Position numbers and translations under genes: made by a program | Shown: positions 1-14,230 of the stretch, in pieces | Position numbering within the stretch: the stretch's first letter is position 1 | Layout of the letters: the number at the start of each line of letters is the position of its first letter | The notes under the pieces: generated by a model | The model's input: only the letters and a program-made list of their open reading frames with translations | Told to the model about the DNA's origin: nothing | Databases searched by the model: none | Origin: the human T2T-CHM13v2.0 reference genome, Homo sapiens | Assembly (NCBI RefSeq): GCF_009914755.1 | Contig: NC_060932.1 | Reading direction: 5' to 3' (one strand) | Length of the DNA: 64,000 nucleotides

Positions 1-109
1 TTCTCCTTTCCTTTCCCCTTTCCTTGTCCCGTCCCCTCCCCTCCCCTCCCCTTTCTTCCCCTTTCGTCTCCTTTCCTCTCCTTTCTCCTTTCTTCTTTCC
101 TTTCCTTTC
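1..109. repeat. CT-rich low-complexity tract (probably an expanded Alu A-rich region on the minus strand)
   Basis: Almost pure pyrimidine (CCCTT/CCTTT units) abutting an Alu arm. Confidence 0.8.
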
Positions 110-224
110 ATGACGGGGTTGCACCATGTTGCTCCAGCTGGTCTCAAACTCCTGAACTCAAGCTATCCTCCTGACTTGGCCTCCCAAAGTGCTGGGATTA
201 CAGGTGTGAGCTACCACACTGGCC
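110..224 (-). mobile_element. Alu left arm / FLAM (AluJ-age)
   Basis: CTCCCAAAGTGCTGGGATTACAGGTGTGAGC...GGCC = reverse complement of Alu 5' end. Confidence 0.9.
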
Positions 225-659
225 TGGTTTTTCTTTTTAACTGCTATTTTAAAGCTTAGATTTACAATAATCTTTTGCCCTTGATGGAAGATCTTTGGTT
301 AGTGTCCCTCAGAATATTTTTGGTTAGCAAGAATAAGAAGGATCATATCCTAATTTCTTGGCTCTTTAACGTGATGAATGCCCATCCTACCTCATCGTTG
401 CAAGAGACTGAGGATCTCCTCAGTGACATGTCCCTGGTACCCCTCTCCTACCTGTGCCTCTGCTCTTCTGGTGGCCTCATGCACAAGGCCCTTCACTCTC
501 ATCTTTGCAAGTCTGCATTCTATTTATTCTCAAGGGCCAGCAAAATCCTACCTAATGGCACAGTCATCTTTGCCTATCTTTGTTCAGAATTATCAATCTC
601 ATTTTCCTATTTTTCCTAGAAGCTAGATTTCCTGGAAGATAGTTTTTTTTGATAATTCC

Positions 660-1030
660 ATTTCATTCATTTTTTTCAGTTCACTCATTCATTCAAAAAC
701 CACTACTGTGCTGAATGAATAAATTTGGAAACAACAAAAATAATACATGGGCAGGCTCTTTCCTCATGTCTAGTAGGGAAGAAATATTACATAAGCCAAG
801 AATTTCTGTACAGTGTGTTAAGTATTATAATATGTAGGAGAGTGGTATGTATAATGACAGAAAAAAGGAGAAGTCACAGCATGTGAATGGGAGAATGGTG
901 GAACATGAGCATGACTTAGCCAGATGAAGGGGGGAAGCAGGAGGAAACTCCAAGCATCTGGAACAGCATGGGAGAAGGCATTAAGGGAAGGAACAACATC
1001 CATAGTCAGCAAAGTGAGGGGAGCCACAAT
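660..1030 (-). mobile_element. L2 relic
   Basis: CATTCATTCA 3' end motif followed by purine-rich L2-like body; boundaries approximate. Confidence 0.55.
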
Positions 1031-1338
1031 TAGTGACTCGGGCTGGAGTAGTGGGAGGCATTAGTGGGGAACTGAGCACTTTGACATTCTATACTTACCC
1101 CCATTGTGGCTTTACCACAACTGACATGACTTATTTACTTGCCTTGCTCCCCCACCAGACAGCAAGTCCTTTGAGGGCACTTACATCTCTTTTGGCACTG
1201 TACAAACTCTGCATCCAGCACAGTGCTTGCCACATAGTGAGTGGGGAGACTCAGTAACTATTGAATGAATCAATGGAGGTGGAGGATGAGAACAGCAGGT
1301 AGCAAAGGAAGATACCAGTAGTTTTCACAAAATGCTAG

Positions 1339-2023
<685 letters not shown>

Positions 2024-3059
2024 GCCAGTCATACATTCATAACTCTCATTCACTTTCTACATTGGTTTGAAAGTAAGCCACCCTTTTTCCTTCTTCAGTT
2101 GAATCAATGCCTGCTAGACTCACTCCAGCCCTCGAGAAGGGATCTTTATTTGGTCAAGACTTCCCTTTCCCTATAATTCTCCCTGTTGTGTTCACCTAAG
2201 TTATGACAATGCTGATTTTTTTTTTTCGGCTTAAAACAATAAACATTATTGCTCACATGGTATTATTGTTCTCATTTTCCTTCATGGTGTTTATCAAACA
2301 TTTGTTCCTTATATAATTATGTCATCAGGAGTTTTGTGTCTGCTAGAATATGAGCTTCATGAGGGCAGGGATACCTGACTTTTCCCCATTATTAGTGCCT
2401 AGCACAGTGTCTGACATGCTCAGTAATACTCAACAACACTTACAGGACAAACGAATGTAACAAACTCCTAGAGAGCCTGCTGTCTATTGCACATATTGTG
2501 GTGGTTGCTTATACATTGCACTCTTTTTGTCATTTCTATGGACAGATTTTGAGCTTTTTGAGACTATTGTACCTGTACCAGGAATGCAGGATAATACTAG
2601 ATTCTCTCAGACTCAATGTTGAGGGACAATCAATTTTATTTTTATTGCCTGTGGGGTATCTCTGAGTCTCTCTCCAAGCAATCTTCATATTCTCCAAGAA
2701 TAATATTGGAGAATCTCCTGGTTGAGTGCCATCTAATATATAATTAATGATGAATCTTAGCAGTTCACATTTTCAGAAGTCTTTCTAGGCGTGACCTCAC
2801 CACCACGCTGTGATGCCTCACTGCCAAGGGACTCCATGTGGCCCTGGGTGAGGTCTCTCAGTCCAGCCAGTCTGCAGTTTTGGTGTTCATAAGATTATGA
2901 GCCTGGGGAATGTGCCCAAATCCAACCACTCATTCTTACCCTGCCCAGATATTTTGACCCATAAAATGTGTGCACACTGATTTCAGATGGAGACCAAAGT
3001 ATCCATTGGCCAAGCAAGCTTCCAATAACCTAAAACCGTCTTAATGCTGAATCTTAATT

Positions 3060-3161
3060 CGGATGGCCAATTTGCCCAGCACTGAAAGGTTTCCTGGGAA
3101 GTGGGACCTAAATTGCTAAAACCAGGATAGTTCTGGGAAAACTGAAATGTTGGTCATCTTA
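3060..3161. mobile_element. MER81-like hAT-Blackjack MITE
   Basis: Degenerate terminal inverted repeats GGATGGCCAA...TTGGTCATCTTA, ~100 bp. Confidence 0.5.
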
Positions 3162-3434
3162 ATCTCATTAGAGATTCTGATTGGAGAATGCAGTGGGTGC
3201 TTCAATCAAAGAAAGCTGCACAAAGTGAGCAGATCTAGCCTGGTTTAACCTCTGGGTCAAAAATGAGGGTGGGTTTGATAGCCCCTTGAGTCTGCAATTG
3301 GTGGCAGAAGTGAGGGCACTTTTGTATATCAGCAGTGCCTCTCTAAAACGGTACAGTTGACTAACTCTTGCAGTTGTCCTGAATTTTTTGAACCTTAGGA
3401 AGCATTAGAATCAGGAACTGAAAATAGAATCTTC

Positions 3435-4010
3435 GTCTCTTAGTTTGTTTTCCCTCAGAAGTGGATCCTGAGTTAAGGATAGAAGGGCAAGTTGCTTATT
3501 TGAGAGAGGAAGGCAAGCACTGGTAGGGGAAGAGGAGAGTGAGAGAAGAAGGAGAAGGCAGCCAGTAAAGGTTATTTTATTGAGCTGGTTGCCAGCTGTG
3601 GGTGACTGGAGCTTAGTCCTTAATCTTTTTCTCTAGAGTAGTTTATCGACCTTGGCACTCTTGCCATTTGGGGCTGAATAATTCTCTATTGTGTGTGGGC
3701 CCTCCTGAGCATTGTAGGATATTTAGCAACATCCCTGGTCTCTATCCAGAGGTGTCAGTCATATTCCCTTTCCCCAGTGTGTGACAGCCCAAAACATCCT
3801 CAGACAGTACCAAATTGCCCCTAGTTTATAACCAGTGTTCTAGAACACACAGAGTTTTCCCACCTGGGTGGTGAGGGAGCTGGGATGTTTATATGCTGAT
3901 GGAGACTTCGAAGAAATCTCTTGGGCAAATGCTGGCAGCTGGAATTTGATAAGTGTGCACTAAAGCGGAGAAGTCCAAGGTTGCTGGGTGGGGCACAGAC
4001 CACACCTGCA
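3435..4010 (-). mobile_element. Old ERVL LTR (LTR33-like) interrupted by MER20
   Basis: TCTTAGTTTGTTTTCCCTCAGAAGTGGATCCTGAG start resembles LTR33 reverse strand; boundaries approximate. Confidence 0.5.
3636..3838 (-). mobile_element. MER20 (hAT-Charlie)
   Basis: GCATTGTAGGATATTTAGCAACATCCCTGGTCTCTATCCA matches MER20 reverse strand. Confidence 0.8.
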
Positions 4011-5529
4011 TTTCTCCATCTTCTTTAGATACTTGTTATCTCTGCAGATGGGCTTTCTCTTTCTCTCTGTCAACATGATGGAATATGACTTTCTATCACT
4101 CCCGGCCACAAATACACATCCCATCAGCTTTAAAATTCTAATTCCAAGTCCCTAGGATAGACGATCTGATTGGCCCAATTTGGGCTGGGTATTCATTTGG
4201 ACCCTATCAGCTGTGACCTATATAGTACAAACATGGCTTTCAAGGGGTCCACTCCTGTTTCAGTGCAGGGTACATGGGCAGCATAAGGAGATTGGCTGTC
4301 ATTGCGGACAGCAGGGATGGGCAATTATGTCAGCCAGCCTTCATCAGGCATCTCCCATGTGCAAGGCTATGTAAAGGGCACATGGACAAATGACTTGTCA
4401 GAGTGCAGAGAGAACGTGAGGAGAATACAGAACTTAAAGACAGAACTGAGACCTTTGGGGTTGATGGTTTCGGAAACATTCCTCTCTCCCCAATGCCTGG
4501 GTGAGTGATTGTGCCTAGAGAGTAGGAAGGTAAGTTGAGATAATTGTCTTTCCGTGTGCATACTCTTCATGGTGAAACAACGGAGTGGACATTTTGGTGG
4601 GCTGGGGCAGTTTTCTCGCCAGACTTCAAGATAAATTTAGACCTTGCCACCAAATTCTCTTGGCCTTCTCTTGTCTTAGAGGAAGGCTATAAAATCTGGT
4701 GTTGGATTGACTGCTCTGGTAAAGGAGGGAGGTTCATGATGTGATGGGGGCGGGGAGGGGAGAAATGTTGTTGTCTGACGGCTTTCTTCTGGGAAGAAAA
4801 GGCAGGACTTCGTATTGCCAGCCTTTCCCATTGCAGTCTCATTCTTTGTTTTTTTTTTTTGTTGTTTTTTGTTTTGTTTTTTTTTTTTTTTTCAAATCAA
4901 TAGACACAAAACAAAAATAGGGCATAGGATGACTCTGTATCAGACCTTGGCATAAGGGGCTCTTTGCCCTTGGTGAGCCTGCCTGCCTGGGAAGTGCAGA
5001 ATGTGGGCTGTCGTATACCTTGTGGGCTCTTAAGTTGCTTCTGCATGGAGATAGCAGCATCCTGTTGGCCGAACAAGGACACTGCTTTTAACTTAGAATG
5101 TGTTTATTATGGGCAGCTACAGGGTCCAATAGAGGTAACAGGGGTTTAGCCAAAGCCCCTTCAAGTGGACGTTGCCTTACACAGGTCAAGCAGGTACCAG
5201 CCATGTAGGGTACAGTGTGACTGCTGCCCCTGAAGTTGTGCAGCAGAGTCCCTGCCAAGGCACTTCTGCTAATTCCTTCTGCAAAGAGGTATCCTTTGCC
5301 AAGATATGTAGCTCTTAGCTGCTTCTGTCACTTCCCAGGCCTGGCTGTGGCAGAGGAAGGTGAACCATAGTTGGATTTAGCCAGGGTCCTTCTGACTTCC
5401 AGGAGGACAGCTGATTTGTTTGTAATGGTTGTTTTTCCAAAACTTGGGGCTTCATCAGGCTGAGAAGAGAGCAAGAGGCATGGCATAGCAACATAAAGAG
5501 ATTAATAATCCCTCTCCTAAGTAGAGTGA

Positions 5530-5996
5530 TGTGGTGGCCATGGAAGTGTTCCTCTCTCGAAGACTGCCACCTACAGGGCTGGGGAACGGCGGGGGGCGGG
5601 TAGGGGAGTGGGGTAACTGACCGAAGGCTCTAGCCGCCAGGCTCTCCTGGCACATCCATTGCCACTTTCATGTTGAGGTCATGATTCTCACAGCCTGCTC
5701 CCAGCCAATGACTGAGCAGGACAGGGATCCTGAGGCAGGCCTATTCCTGGGAGTGATGTGTATCCTCTGATGGCCAAGCTTGGCTCCAGAGCTCCCTGAC
5801 TGCTTTGCAGAAACTTCGTCCACCTCCTCTCTCTCTTTTCTTTACTGGGAGTCAGTCTTGCCTTGTGACCTAGCAGCTCTCTCAGCTTTACCTAGCTTCC
5901 TCCCCCTTTCTTCTCATAAAGGTTTTTCTTCTAATAAGGTCTAGCCTGTGAAATCTCATCTTGGTGACTGCTTTTCAGTGGGCCTAGATCAACACA
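5530..5996 (+). mobile_element. LTR16-family ERVL solo LTR
   Basis: TGTGGTGGCCATGGA start, CAGCCAATGACTGAGCA core, ...CTAGATCAACACA end. Confidence 0.7.
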
Positions 5997-7534
5997 GATG
6001 ACCATATAATTTATACTTCAGATTGAGGCATGTTTGGAATGAAATAATGAAAATGATGATAAAACTAATAGCAGTAAACCAGGGCAGGCCTAAGGAAACC
6101 TAAGGAAAAATTTTTGAAGAAATTTGGCTTACTTTGAGATTCCTAAAGACGTAAGAAAAGCTGATAACTGGGACTTTGCTTGGTGAATATAAAAAAAGAG
6201 AACTCAACCCATTTAATTCCAGGAAATGATCAATTTGGCTTCACTGTTTGTAGAGCGACTCTTGTGTGCCAAGTAAGAGGCTGGAATAGAAAGATGAATA
6301 AGCCACAGTCTCTTCCCTCAAGTGGCTTGTGGTCTAGAGGAGGAGACTCACATAATTTGATAATTTTACCAAAATACGATTCTTATAAGATAAAGAGCTG
6401 ACAATGGGATTAATTTGGCTATATAAAGACAGGCGCCAGCTCCACCCAGTAGTTCCTAGTTCCTTCCTAGAGGGCAGTGCTGGTGCAGGGGAAGGGTCCT
6501 GGGTGGGCTTTGGAGGCCTTGTTTGTGCTAGTAGAGGAACAAGAGGGGTAGGGATACAAGCAAGATGAGGATGTCTTCTGGTCAGGCTCTAGGATGTAGT
6601 GCAATGTGCCCCTAGCACTTTTTCCCCCTTTTAATTGCAAGAAAGCAGTTCCCCTGCATTTTCCCTAACCCCCAATATATGGCAGAAAAACAGCTCTGTG
6701 ATATGCACAATGATTAGACTCAATACATGTTTTCTAACGAATCCCTGCCCTACGTACATGTATACGAAATCAAATCAGCTGAGTGATTGTGCGCCCTCCA
6801 AGGCAGCTTGCATTTAGCAAATCCTGGCTGAATGAAACCTCCTTAGACAAGCAAACAGGTAATTGGCCTCCACTGGGCTCTGAGTGAATCACCTCTCTGA
6901 AGCAGCTGGTGCTACCGGGTTTTCTGGTAAAGTTGCTCTTTCTACAAGCGGGGCTGGGAAAGAGCAAAGTGCAATGACACACACACTTGAACAAAAAAAC
7001 ACTTGAATAAACAGATGCCTGGTTTACTTCTCTAGCCTTTTCCTTGGCCTCATGATGCCTGACAAAAATTGAGTTGAAAGTGATGGCTGGGCTAAGATGA
7101 GGCCAGCAATATGTCACCCTATCAAGCCTAGCTCTCAGGGGATGGCAAAGGCGTTTAGCTCCAAGCTCAGCCATGGTGCTGCCATAAGACAAGAGCCCCA
7201 TAGCTCCAGCAACTCCTCCCTCCTCCTTTCCACATGATTCAATTTCATGCCATTTGCAGTTGTAAGACAAAAGAATGTTCCAGTTCCAAATTCCAGGCCC
7301 CCATCCTAAGCTCCCTTTGTAAGCCCAGGAAAGGAGGCCCAAGAGCCTCATGCATTCCTCTGGTTATAGGCAGCCCATGCTGATGTTCAAGGGCTAGAAC
7401 CACACTCTTGGCCTTCAACTTTTAACCCTGATGGGTAGGGAATCTTTTGAACTTGAAAAAAGTCCATGCTTTAAGAAAGAATGTTAAAAAAAAAACCCAT
7501 GGCAAAAGCTTCTTGAGGCCTGTGGTTTATTTCT

Positions 7535-7608
7535 CTGCACTGTAGGGGAGATCATAGCATTGGCATATGTCATTACAGTCAGGTGAAAAGGTGCTGTAGG
7601 CCATCTCA
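7535..7608. repeat. Copy A of 74-bp dispersed direct repeat
   Basis: 61/74 identical, ungapped, to 9301-9374. Confidence 0.9.
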
Positions 7609-8259
7609 GCATAGCATACCTGCCTTACCCGTGGCGCAGCAAGTATCTTGGAAAACCTTGATGCCCGTGCATTCATTTGCTCAGCACCATTGCTTGCCAC
7701 CTGTTGTGTCATAGATTGCGCTTTCCACCTTCTTAGGCACCGGCTTCTACCCAAGTGGGTCCTGGGTGGATGTGGCTCCCCGGTCTCTGGGGCCCAAGCC
7801 AGTATTGTCACAATTAGGTAGAGATTCTTGTTAAAAAGCAATGACTGTAGAGTGTGTGTATGTCTTGATAGTGATAGGGGATTAAAAAGTAATTTGTTTT
7901 GTCTTTTAATTTGAGCTGCAGTCCAAAGATACTTTCAGATGGGGGTCCTAGCTTGTAATAGGAACTTACATTAAAGTAAAGCAGCCCCTTACTGTCATGA
8001 CAGCAATTTAAGTCCACTTGAATGCGTTGTCTTGGTACCGTGGGGATTTAGGCTCCACCTAAGCAGTTCCAGAGTGATGCTGAGAGGTCAGAGCCATAGA
8101 TCGGGTGCAGATGTGAATGAGAGGCAAGAAAAGAGAAACAGGGAGTGTCAGTTGCTCTTTCAAAATTTTTTCCAGCTAATGGAAGAAGATCTCAAAGGCA
8201 AAATATAGAGGGGAAAAATAGAAGAAAGTATTTTTTTTTGGGAGGGGGTGATGAAGGGG

Positions 8260-8596
8260 TGATATGGTTTGGCTGTGTCCCCACCAAAATCTCATCTTGA
8301 ATTGTAGCTCCCATAATTCCTATGTGTTGTGGGAGGGACCCAGTGGAAGATAATTGAATCATGGGGGTGGTTTCCCTCATACTGTTCTCCTGGTAGTGAA
8401 TAAGTCTCATGAGAACTGGTGATTTTATAAGAGGTTTCCCTGTTTGCTTGCTCTCATTCTCTCTTGTCTGCTGCCATGTAGATTGTGAGGCCTCCCCAGC
8501 CACATGGAACTGTGAGTCCATTAAACCACTTTTTCCTCTATAAATTACCCAGCCTTGACTATATCTTTATCAGCAGCATGAAGACAGACTAATACA
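8260..8596 (+). mobile_element. THE1 (THE1C-like) solo LTR
   Basis: TGATATGGTTTGGCTGTGTCCCCACC...CAGACTAATACA; AAGGGG on both flanks. Confidence 0.92.
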
Positions 8597-9300
8597 AAGG
8601 GGTAATGAGAGTAAAGTGAGCAATGAAGAGAAGCCTTCACTTCGTTTCTCTTTCCTTCCCTTCTTTTTCCTTTTCCTCTTCCCTTCCCTCTGGTCACTTC
8701 TCCCCTCCTCTCTTCCACTTCCCTAATTTTCCTTTCTCCCTCCCAGTTAGCCAATTGAACTCTGGCAGTGGAAGAAAGTATACTGTGGTAAGAAACAAAT
8801 TATTTGTGACAAGAAGGATTATTTGCTATTTACTATCCATAGACTCTGTCTTCTAAAGAGGACTGATCCTACTAAATAATGCCTTTTATTTGCCAAATAG
8901 AGTGATAAGTATAATGATTCATTATTGGAGAATCCAGGAGAGGGCTAAATTGTCAGAGATTAAAAAAATAGGGCTGGGAATTGGGAATTTCCAATACTCC
9001 AGCAAAGACAGAATCACAAGGCTGGGAAGTCTGCATGGGAAAAAAGTCAAGTGGAAATAAGGTCACTGGGACCAAACTGGGACTTTGGAGGGAAACAAAT
9101 GATTTTTTTTCTGGATTTTTGTTAAATTTTACTAGGTGTTATGTGGCTTAATCATCTTCTTCATAGGCCCACAAGATTTTCAGCAAAAATTAATTGCTAA
9201 TACTTGGCAGAACGGGATTTGCTTTTAGGGGCTGCAGTGAAGTGCCAAGTTCTGCTTCAAGGCAGATAGGGAAGCAAGAACAGAGGATGCCCATTGTATT

Positions 9301-9374
9301 CTGCGCTGCAGGGGAGATCATAGCATTGGCGCATATAAGTACAGTTGGGTGAAGAGGTACTGTAAGCCATCACA
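9301..9374. repeat. Copy B of 74-bp dispersed direct repeat
   Basis: 61/74 identical, ungapped, to 7535-7608. Confidence 0.9.
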
Positions 9375-9379
9375 TTTTT

Positions 9380-9790
9380 GGATGCTAGTAACAGGAAAAC
9401 CAACAAATGATGACCTTAAGCAAAGACGATTTATTATTAATAAGAAGTCTGGAGTCAGGTGGTTCCAGGACTGGTTGAACACATCTAGCATGCCCTGATG
9501 CTCTGTGTCTCCGGTATTCTCTTTATCTGCCCCTCATGGTTGCACGATGGCTGCATAGTCTAGTCACCAAGCCTGAAATTTGAGGGCAAATGAGCCTCTC
9601 TCATTTCATTAGGGCAGAAAAATCTGTCCCAGATGTCCTTATGCATCTCCCTGCCCAGCAGTGGGTATCATGATCACCTTAACTGAAAGGGAGGCTTGGA
9701 AATTGAGTATCTGGCTTTTCTCATCCTCTGTGGTGGGAACGTGCTAAAGACAAAGGTGGTTGGGAATGGCCTCCAAGGAATCACTGTTGT
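9380..9790 (-). mobile_element. Old MLT1 (MaLR) LTR
   Basis: GTAACAGGAAAACC...AAGAAGTCTGGAG...CCTCATGGTTGCACGATGGCTGC resembles MLT1K/L reverse strand. Confidence 0.55.
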
Positions 9791-12700
9791 TTGCCATCCA
9801 GGTATTTGCGGGTATTGTAAGTCCTTCGAGAAGAAGCTGACAGAAGGGCAACTATTCAAGAATATTTCCTATGCGTTTTTCATAAGAACGTATTTTTGTT
9901 TTCTCGCTTTCCAATGTCTGCTTTCTTTTCAGGATCACCTCTAAAGTGTTAGAAGGCTTTTATTTGTATCCTGGTTTTTGCAGAGTGATTGAACTTTAGG
10001 AAAAATCCTCAGTCCTTTTCACATTCTTTTTCAGATGGAATATATGTAACCAAACTGTAAGGAGACACAGCACCCATTTCAGGGTACAGATCAGATTGGA
10101 CCCTGGCAGGGTACAGTGTGCAAAGGAGCCTGTGGCCAGCATGGTCCAGGTGTTAGCAACTTGATTTTGTGATTGAGTGTTGTTAAAGCAGCATCCTGGT
10201 TTCTAAGTGAAAATTTTCTATATGTGGCTTTGTTTTTTTTTGTTAAAATAAATGACTTTAATATGACTTTTTTAAGTGGAAAAAATTTACTTTCCCTGAG
10301 CCTATCTTGGCAGGAAAAGTGGCACACTACAGCGTGGCTAGCTGCATGGATCTTTTAAAGGAGAGTTGCTGATAATAAAAAGGCTTTTAGTGGGATGCTC
10401 TGAAGAATGCCAACCAGACCCAAGAAAACTGAGTGCTGTGGTTAATGGTCACCTTCAGAAACCACTGGTTTATGTTCTTAATGATATATCCGTTAACCCT
10501 GAACTTCAGTGAGCCATGTAACTCTGGGCTGCCTTTCGGCTCCTTCTGGGGGAGTGTAAATCTCGCTGATAATGACCCCTCTACCCACTGGCCTGTTCCC
10601 AATGTCTGTGTGGGCCTCGTGGAAGTAAACATCCACTCTTGTCTTCTGAGTGTTTCCTTGAGCAGGGGAAGCACATCTCTCCAGTACAAAGACTCAAACA
10701 TTAACCTTGGATTACACTGTTCAGTATTCTTTGTAGGGCACTTCTGGTTGTTAGAAATTTTGGGCAGTATTTAGAGGGATCTGGAGGAGGGAGGTGGCAA
10801 GTGTTACCTTCTCCAGGTAGTACTCCTGGCCCGGGCTCATCTTGCTCTGTGCACAATGGAGAGCAGGGAAGGCACTGCTCATGTTTTGTGTCTCCTTCGG
10901 CTCCCATCTGGTGGTGCAAAGGGAGAGCGGTCAGCCTGCCTTAGCGCTAAGCACTGTTCTTCAGAGGAATCATCCAGATGCCCATAGTGGGGCCATGTTT
11001 GCTAGGGCTGGCTTCAGGAAAAGCAGGGATGTGGGCAATTCAGTGTAGGGGAAAGCATGTGGCACCAGGTGTTTAGAAGTTGGTTGTGTCCTCTGCTATC
11101 TTGGGCCTTAGCAGGTAGTGTCCTCTAAGGATGGGTGCTGCGCCTTGCTAATTTCCTTCATGCCTCTTTCTAGAGCACATTAAATTTTTGTTGACTGAGT
11201 TAATCTCATGAAAGATCCCTTACCTCTGAACCAGTCAGTTTTCTCCTTTGAAAATGGAAAATGGAAAAGAGGAAAAGGACTAAATGAAATAAGTTTGTGT
11301 AAAGTCAAATCATACCATGGTGTCTGGCATACAACAGATGTTGAAAAGATACCATATCTTATTTCTCTTTTTCTTTGGTGCCTCCTATTCACTGCCTTTC
11401 CTCTCCTCAGTGGCCGTTGCTTCCTGGTTCTTTAAGGCACTCAGATCCCCTCTCCTTTTCCCCTTGTTTCGTTGGTCTTGCACTTGGGCAAGCATCTGAG
11501 ATTCATTCACACTGAGGTGTAGGTTTCTGAAAATGATCGAACTTGTATTATAGGAAGTGTGAGGTTAGCCTAGGGTATGTGGCAGAAAGAGGAGGGGGTA
11601 GGAATGCAGTGGGGGAAAGGAGAGAATAAAATCTGCTTTGCAGAGATGTTTGGGAGAAGAGAAAGGGGGTGCTGGAAATCTTTCTCAAACACCTTATGTT
11701 AGGGCTCCAGGCAGATCCAGCAATCTCTTCTCTCATATGGAGAAGGACATTTTAAATAATCTGGGGCCACAGGGGCATCCCTATGAAGAACAAGACTCTT
11801 TAGTCTGCAAGGGGCATATGATTACATTTTATAAAATCCAGTAAGACTGGGGGCTATGCTGGAAGCTCCAACGTAACACTACTGCTAGTGGACATAAGGA
11901 ATGTACCATATCTACAGGGTGGTCTAGGAGCAAGTTATAAATAGGTCTGAGAGGCATACAATTAAGTCATGGAGGGTAAATTCTTCAGGGAAACCATTAG
12001 GTACATGCTAAAGTTATGAGGTTGACATCACAGAGGAAAGTCATTTCCTCTCACCTATTAAACTTGCTGCTTTCTAAGAGACAATATGAGGATGTATGGG
12101 ACACAGGTCAGATTTGAGATGTAAAGGGAGAAGGCTCAAATTTTATCCACTGACCTTTAAATGAATTGCATTTATTTACAGTCTAGAAATAAGTAAGTGC
12201 AGTTCATCTAAGTGAACTGCATTGCTCATAGAATCTTCTAAACCTGGAAATACTTTTTGTTCTATTGAGAAAAAGCCTTTTTAAATACTTATTTTATTAA
12301 TAAACACACATCGAGTACCTACCAGGGGCCAGGCTCCATGAGCAATGATTTCCCCGCTGTCAACATTGGGCACCCAATGTGCTTTCTGGTCTCCAGGCCT
12401 CTCATAGTCCCAACTAGTGCATCCAGCCAGTATCTGCGGTGAATACATGGTGTAGGAAAGGGCAGAGGTAGGTGACCTTCCACGTGTGTTAACTATGTGA
12501 ATACTTTCCTAATTAGAAAACCAGCATTGGGGAAACTATTGCTTTATCTCATTTAATCCTGATAACAACCTTCTGAGAATAGATACCTATATTATCTCTG
12601 TTGTATAGATGGACAAAGTAAAATAAAGCTCAGGCAAGTTTTGTAACCTGCCTGAAGGGACGTAGTAGTTGTGGCAGACAGAGATGCAAACTCCATCTGC

Positions 12701-13824
12701 ATCATGTCCAGTTTTCTCTATACTTATGCCTTAGATTCTAATCCACTAAACTGTACTTTTAATATAGTGGGAGTTTAGGAATTCAGGACCTCCCTTTTGT
12801 CCGCATAAAAGGGAGATCTATTACCCATATCTGCATAACTCCCAACCCATACCCTTTTGTAGTGATACATGGATTGAAAACTGCATTTACTTTTGAGGAT
12901 GCTCTGGATACCATCTCTTAAATTATTTCCCTGAAACATTTTCATTATGCATAAAACTTACATGTCTAGTTTAAGATGTCTAGTTTTACATGAGTAGCTC
13001 AGGTAAAGGAAAATAACTCTGGCAAGACCCCAGAAGCTGTCTATTCCTTCTCCATCATAACCTTGCCCTTGTCCTTAAGGGAACTGATATCTCGAGTTTA
13101 TGTTATTACTTTTCTCTTTGATATAATTTATTTTTTAATTTTTTTAATGTTGAAAATGCTTTATTACTTATAAAATACTTATTTCCATTTTCTTGTACAT
13201 TAGGCTTTTAAAATAATTGGTTGCTTCTGAGTTGAAATTGCCATATTTAAGTTTAAGGAAAAAATGAAGGATTTACTGAGAAAAAAATCAAGAATGTCTA
13301 ATTAGAGAGAAGATAATGAACACACCCATATGTATATACATATATACATATATAAATTAGATAAATGTTGATATGTATCAACATACATGTACATGTATTT
13401 ATTTATAAAATTATGTAAGTATCTGTTAACATTTACTTAGTTATATTGCCCTATTAGCCTGGGAATCAAATCTGGCCAAAAGTTTAAGCTCTAAGATTGA
13501 TATAATTTATTTAAAATTGTTTTTTATTCTCTTGATTGTAAGGTTTATTTTTGTTTAATTTTTAGATTCGTTTCTTTTTGGTGAGTGAATAAAGCCTAAT
13601 TGTTGCTACCTATTGAGATTTTTTTTTGAGATTTACTACTCAGAAAAATATTCTTGATTTTTCCATAATTTTCAAACCTGAAGCCTTTAAAGTATGCCTA
13701 TTTTGGCTTTACTCCCAAAGATTGAGATTTAATTGGTCTGGGGCAAGACTAGAATTTAGGTTTTCTGGATCTCAGGTGAGGGTCTCTATATTTAGGTATT
13801 TAATGATAAATGTATTTTCTTTTT

Positions 13825-14230
13825 GTATTATTTAGGGCATGGTCTAAAGCAGCTGTAACAGAAGGAGCCTCAAAATACAGTGGCTTATATAAAGCTAAAA
13901 GTTCATTTCTCTCTTACATCAGAGTTGTGGGGAAGAGGACCAGGGTGATGGGAAGTACCCTCAACACATTACTCTACTTCTCATCATCTCCCAGTAGCTG
14001 GCAGGAAGACAGGAAAGGGTCAGGGATGCCCACATCTAATCTTTTTGAGGACAAGACCCAGAAGTTGCACACATCACTTTTGCTCACATTCAGTTGATCA
14101 GAACACAGTCCAATCCCCACACTGGCTTCTAGGGAGACTAAGAAGTATGTTTTCATCTGGGCATCCATGTGCCCAGGTATAATTCTACAACAATGAAGAA
14201 TGGGCAAATAGTTTTTGGGGACAACTGTCA
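13825..14230 (-). mobile_element. Old MLT1 (MaLR) LTR
   Basis: GCTGTAACAG...ACAGTGGCTTA...CCAGAAGTTGCACACATCACTTTTGCTCACATT typical of MLT1J-like. Confidence 0.6.

Noticed and set aside
12198-12221. Short hairpins (TGCAGTTCA-6-TGAACTGCA; also ~2689-2714 and ~32465-32488)
   Set aside because: 7-9-bp stems are expected by chance in 64 kb
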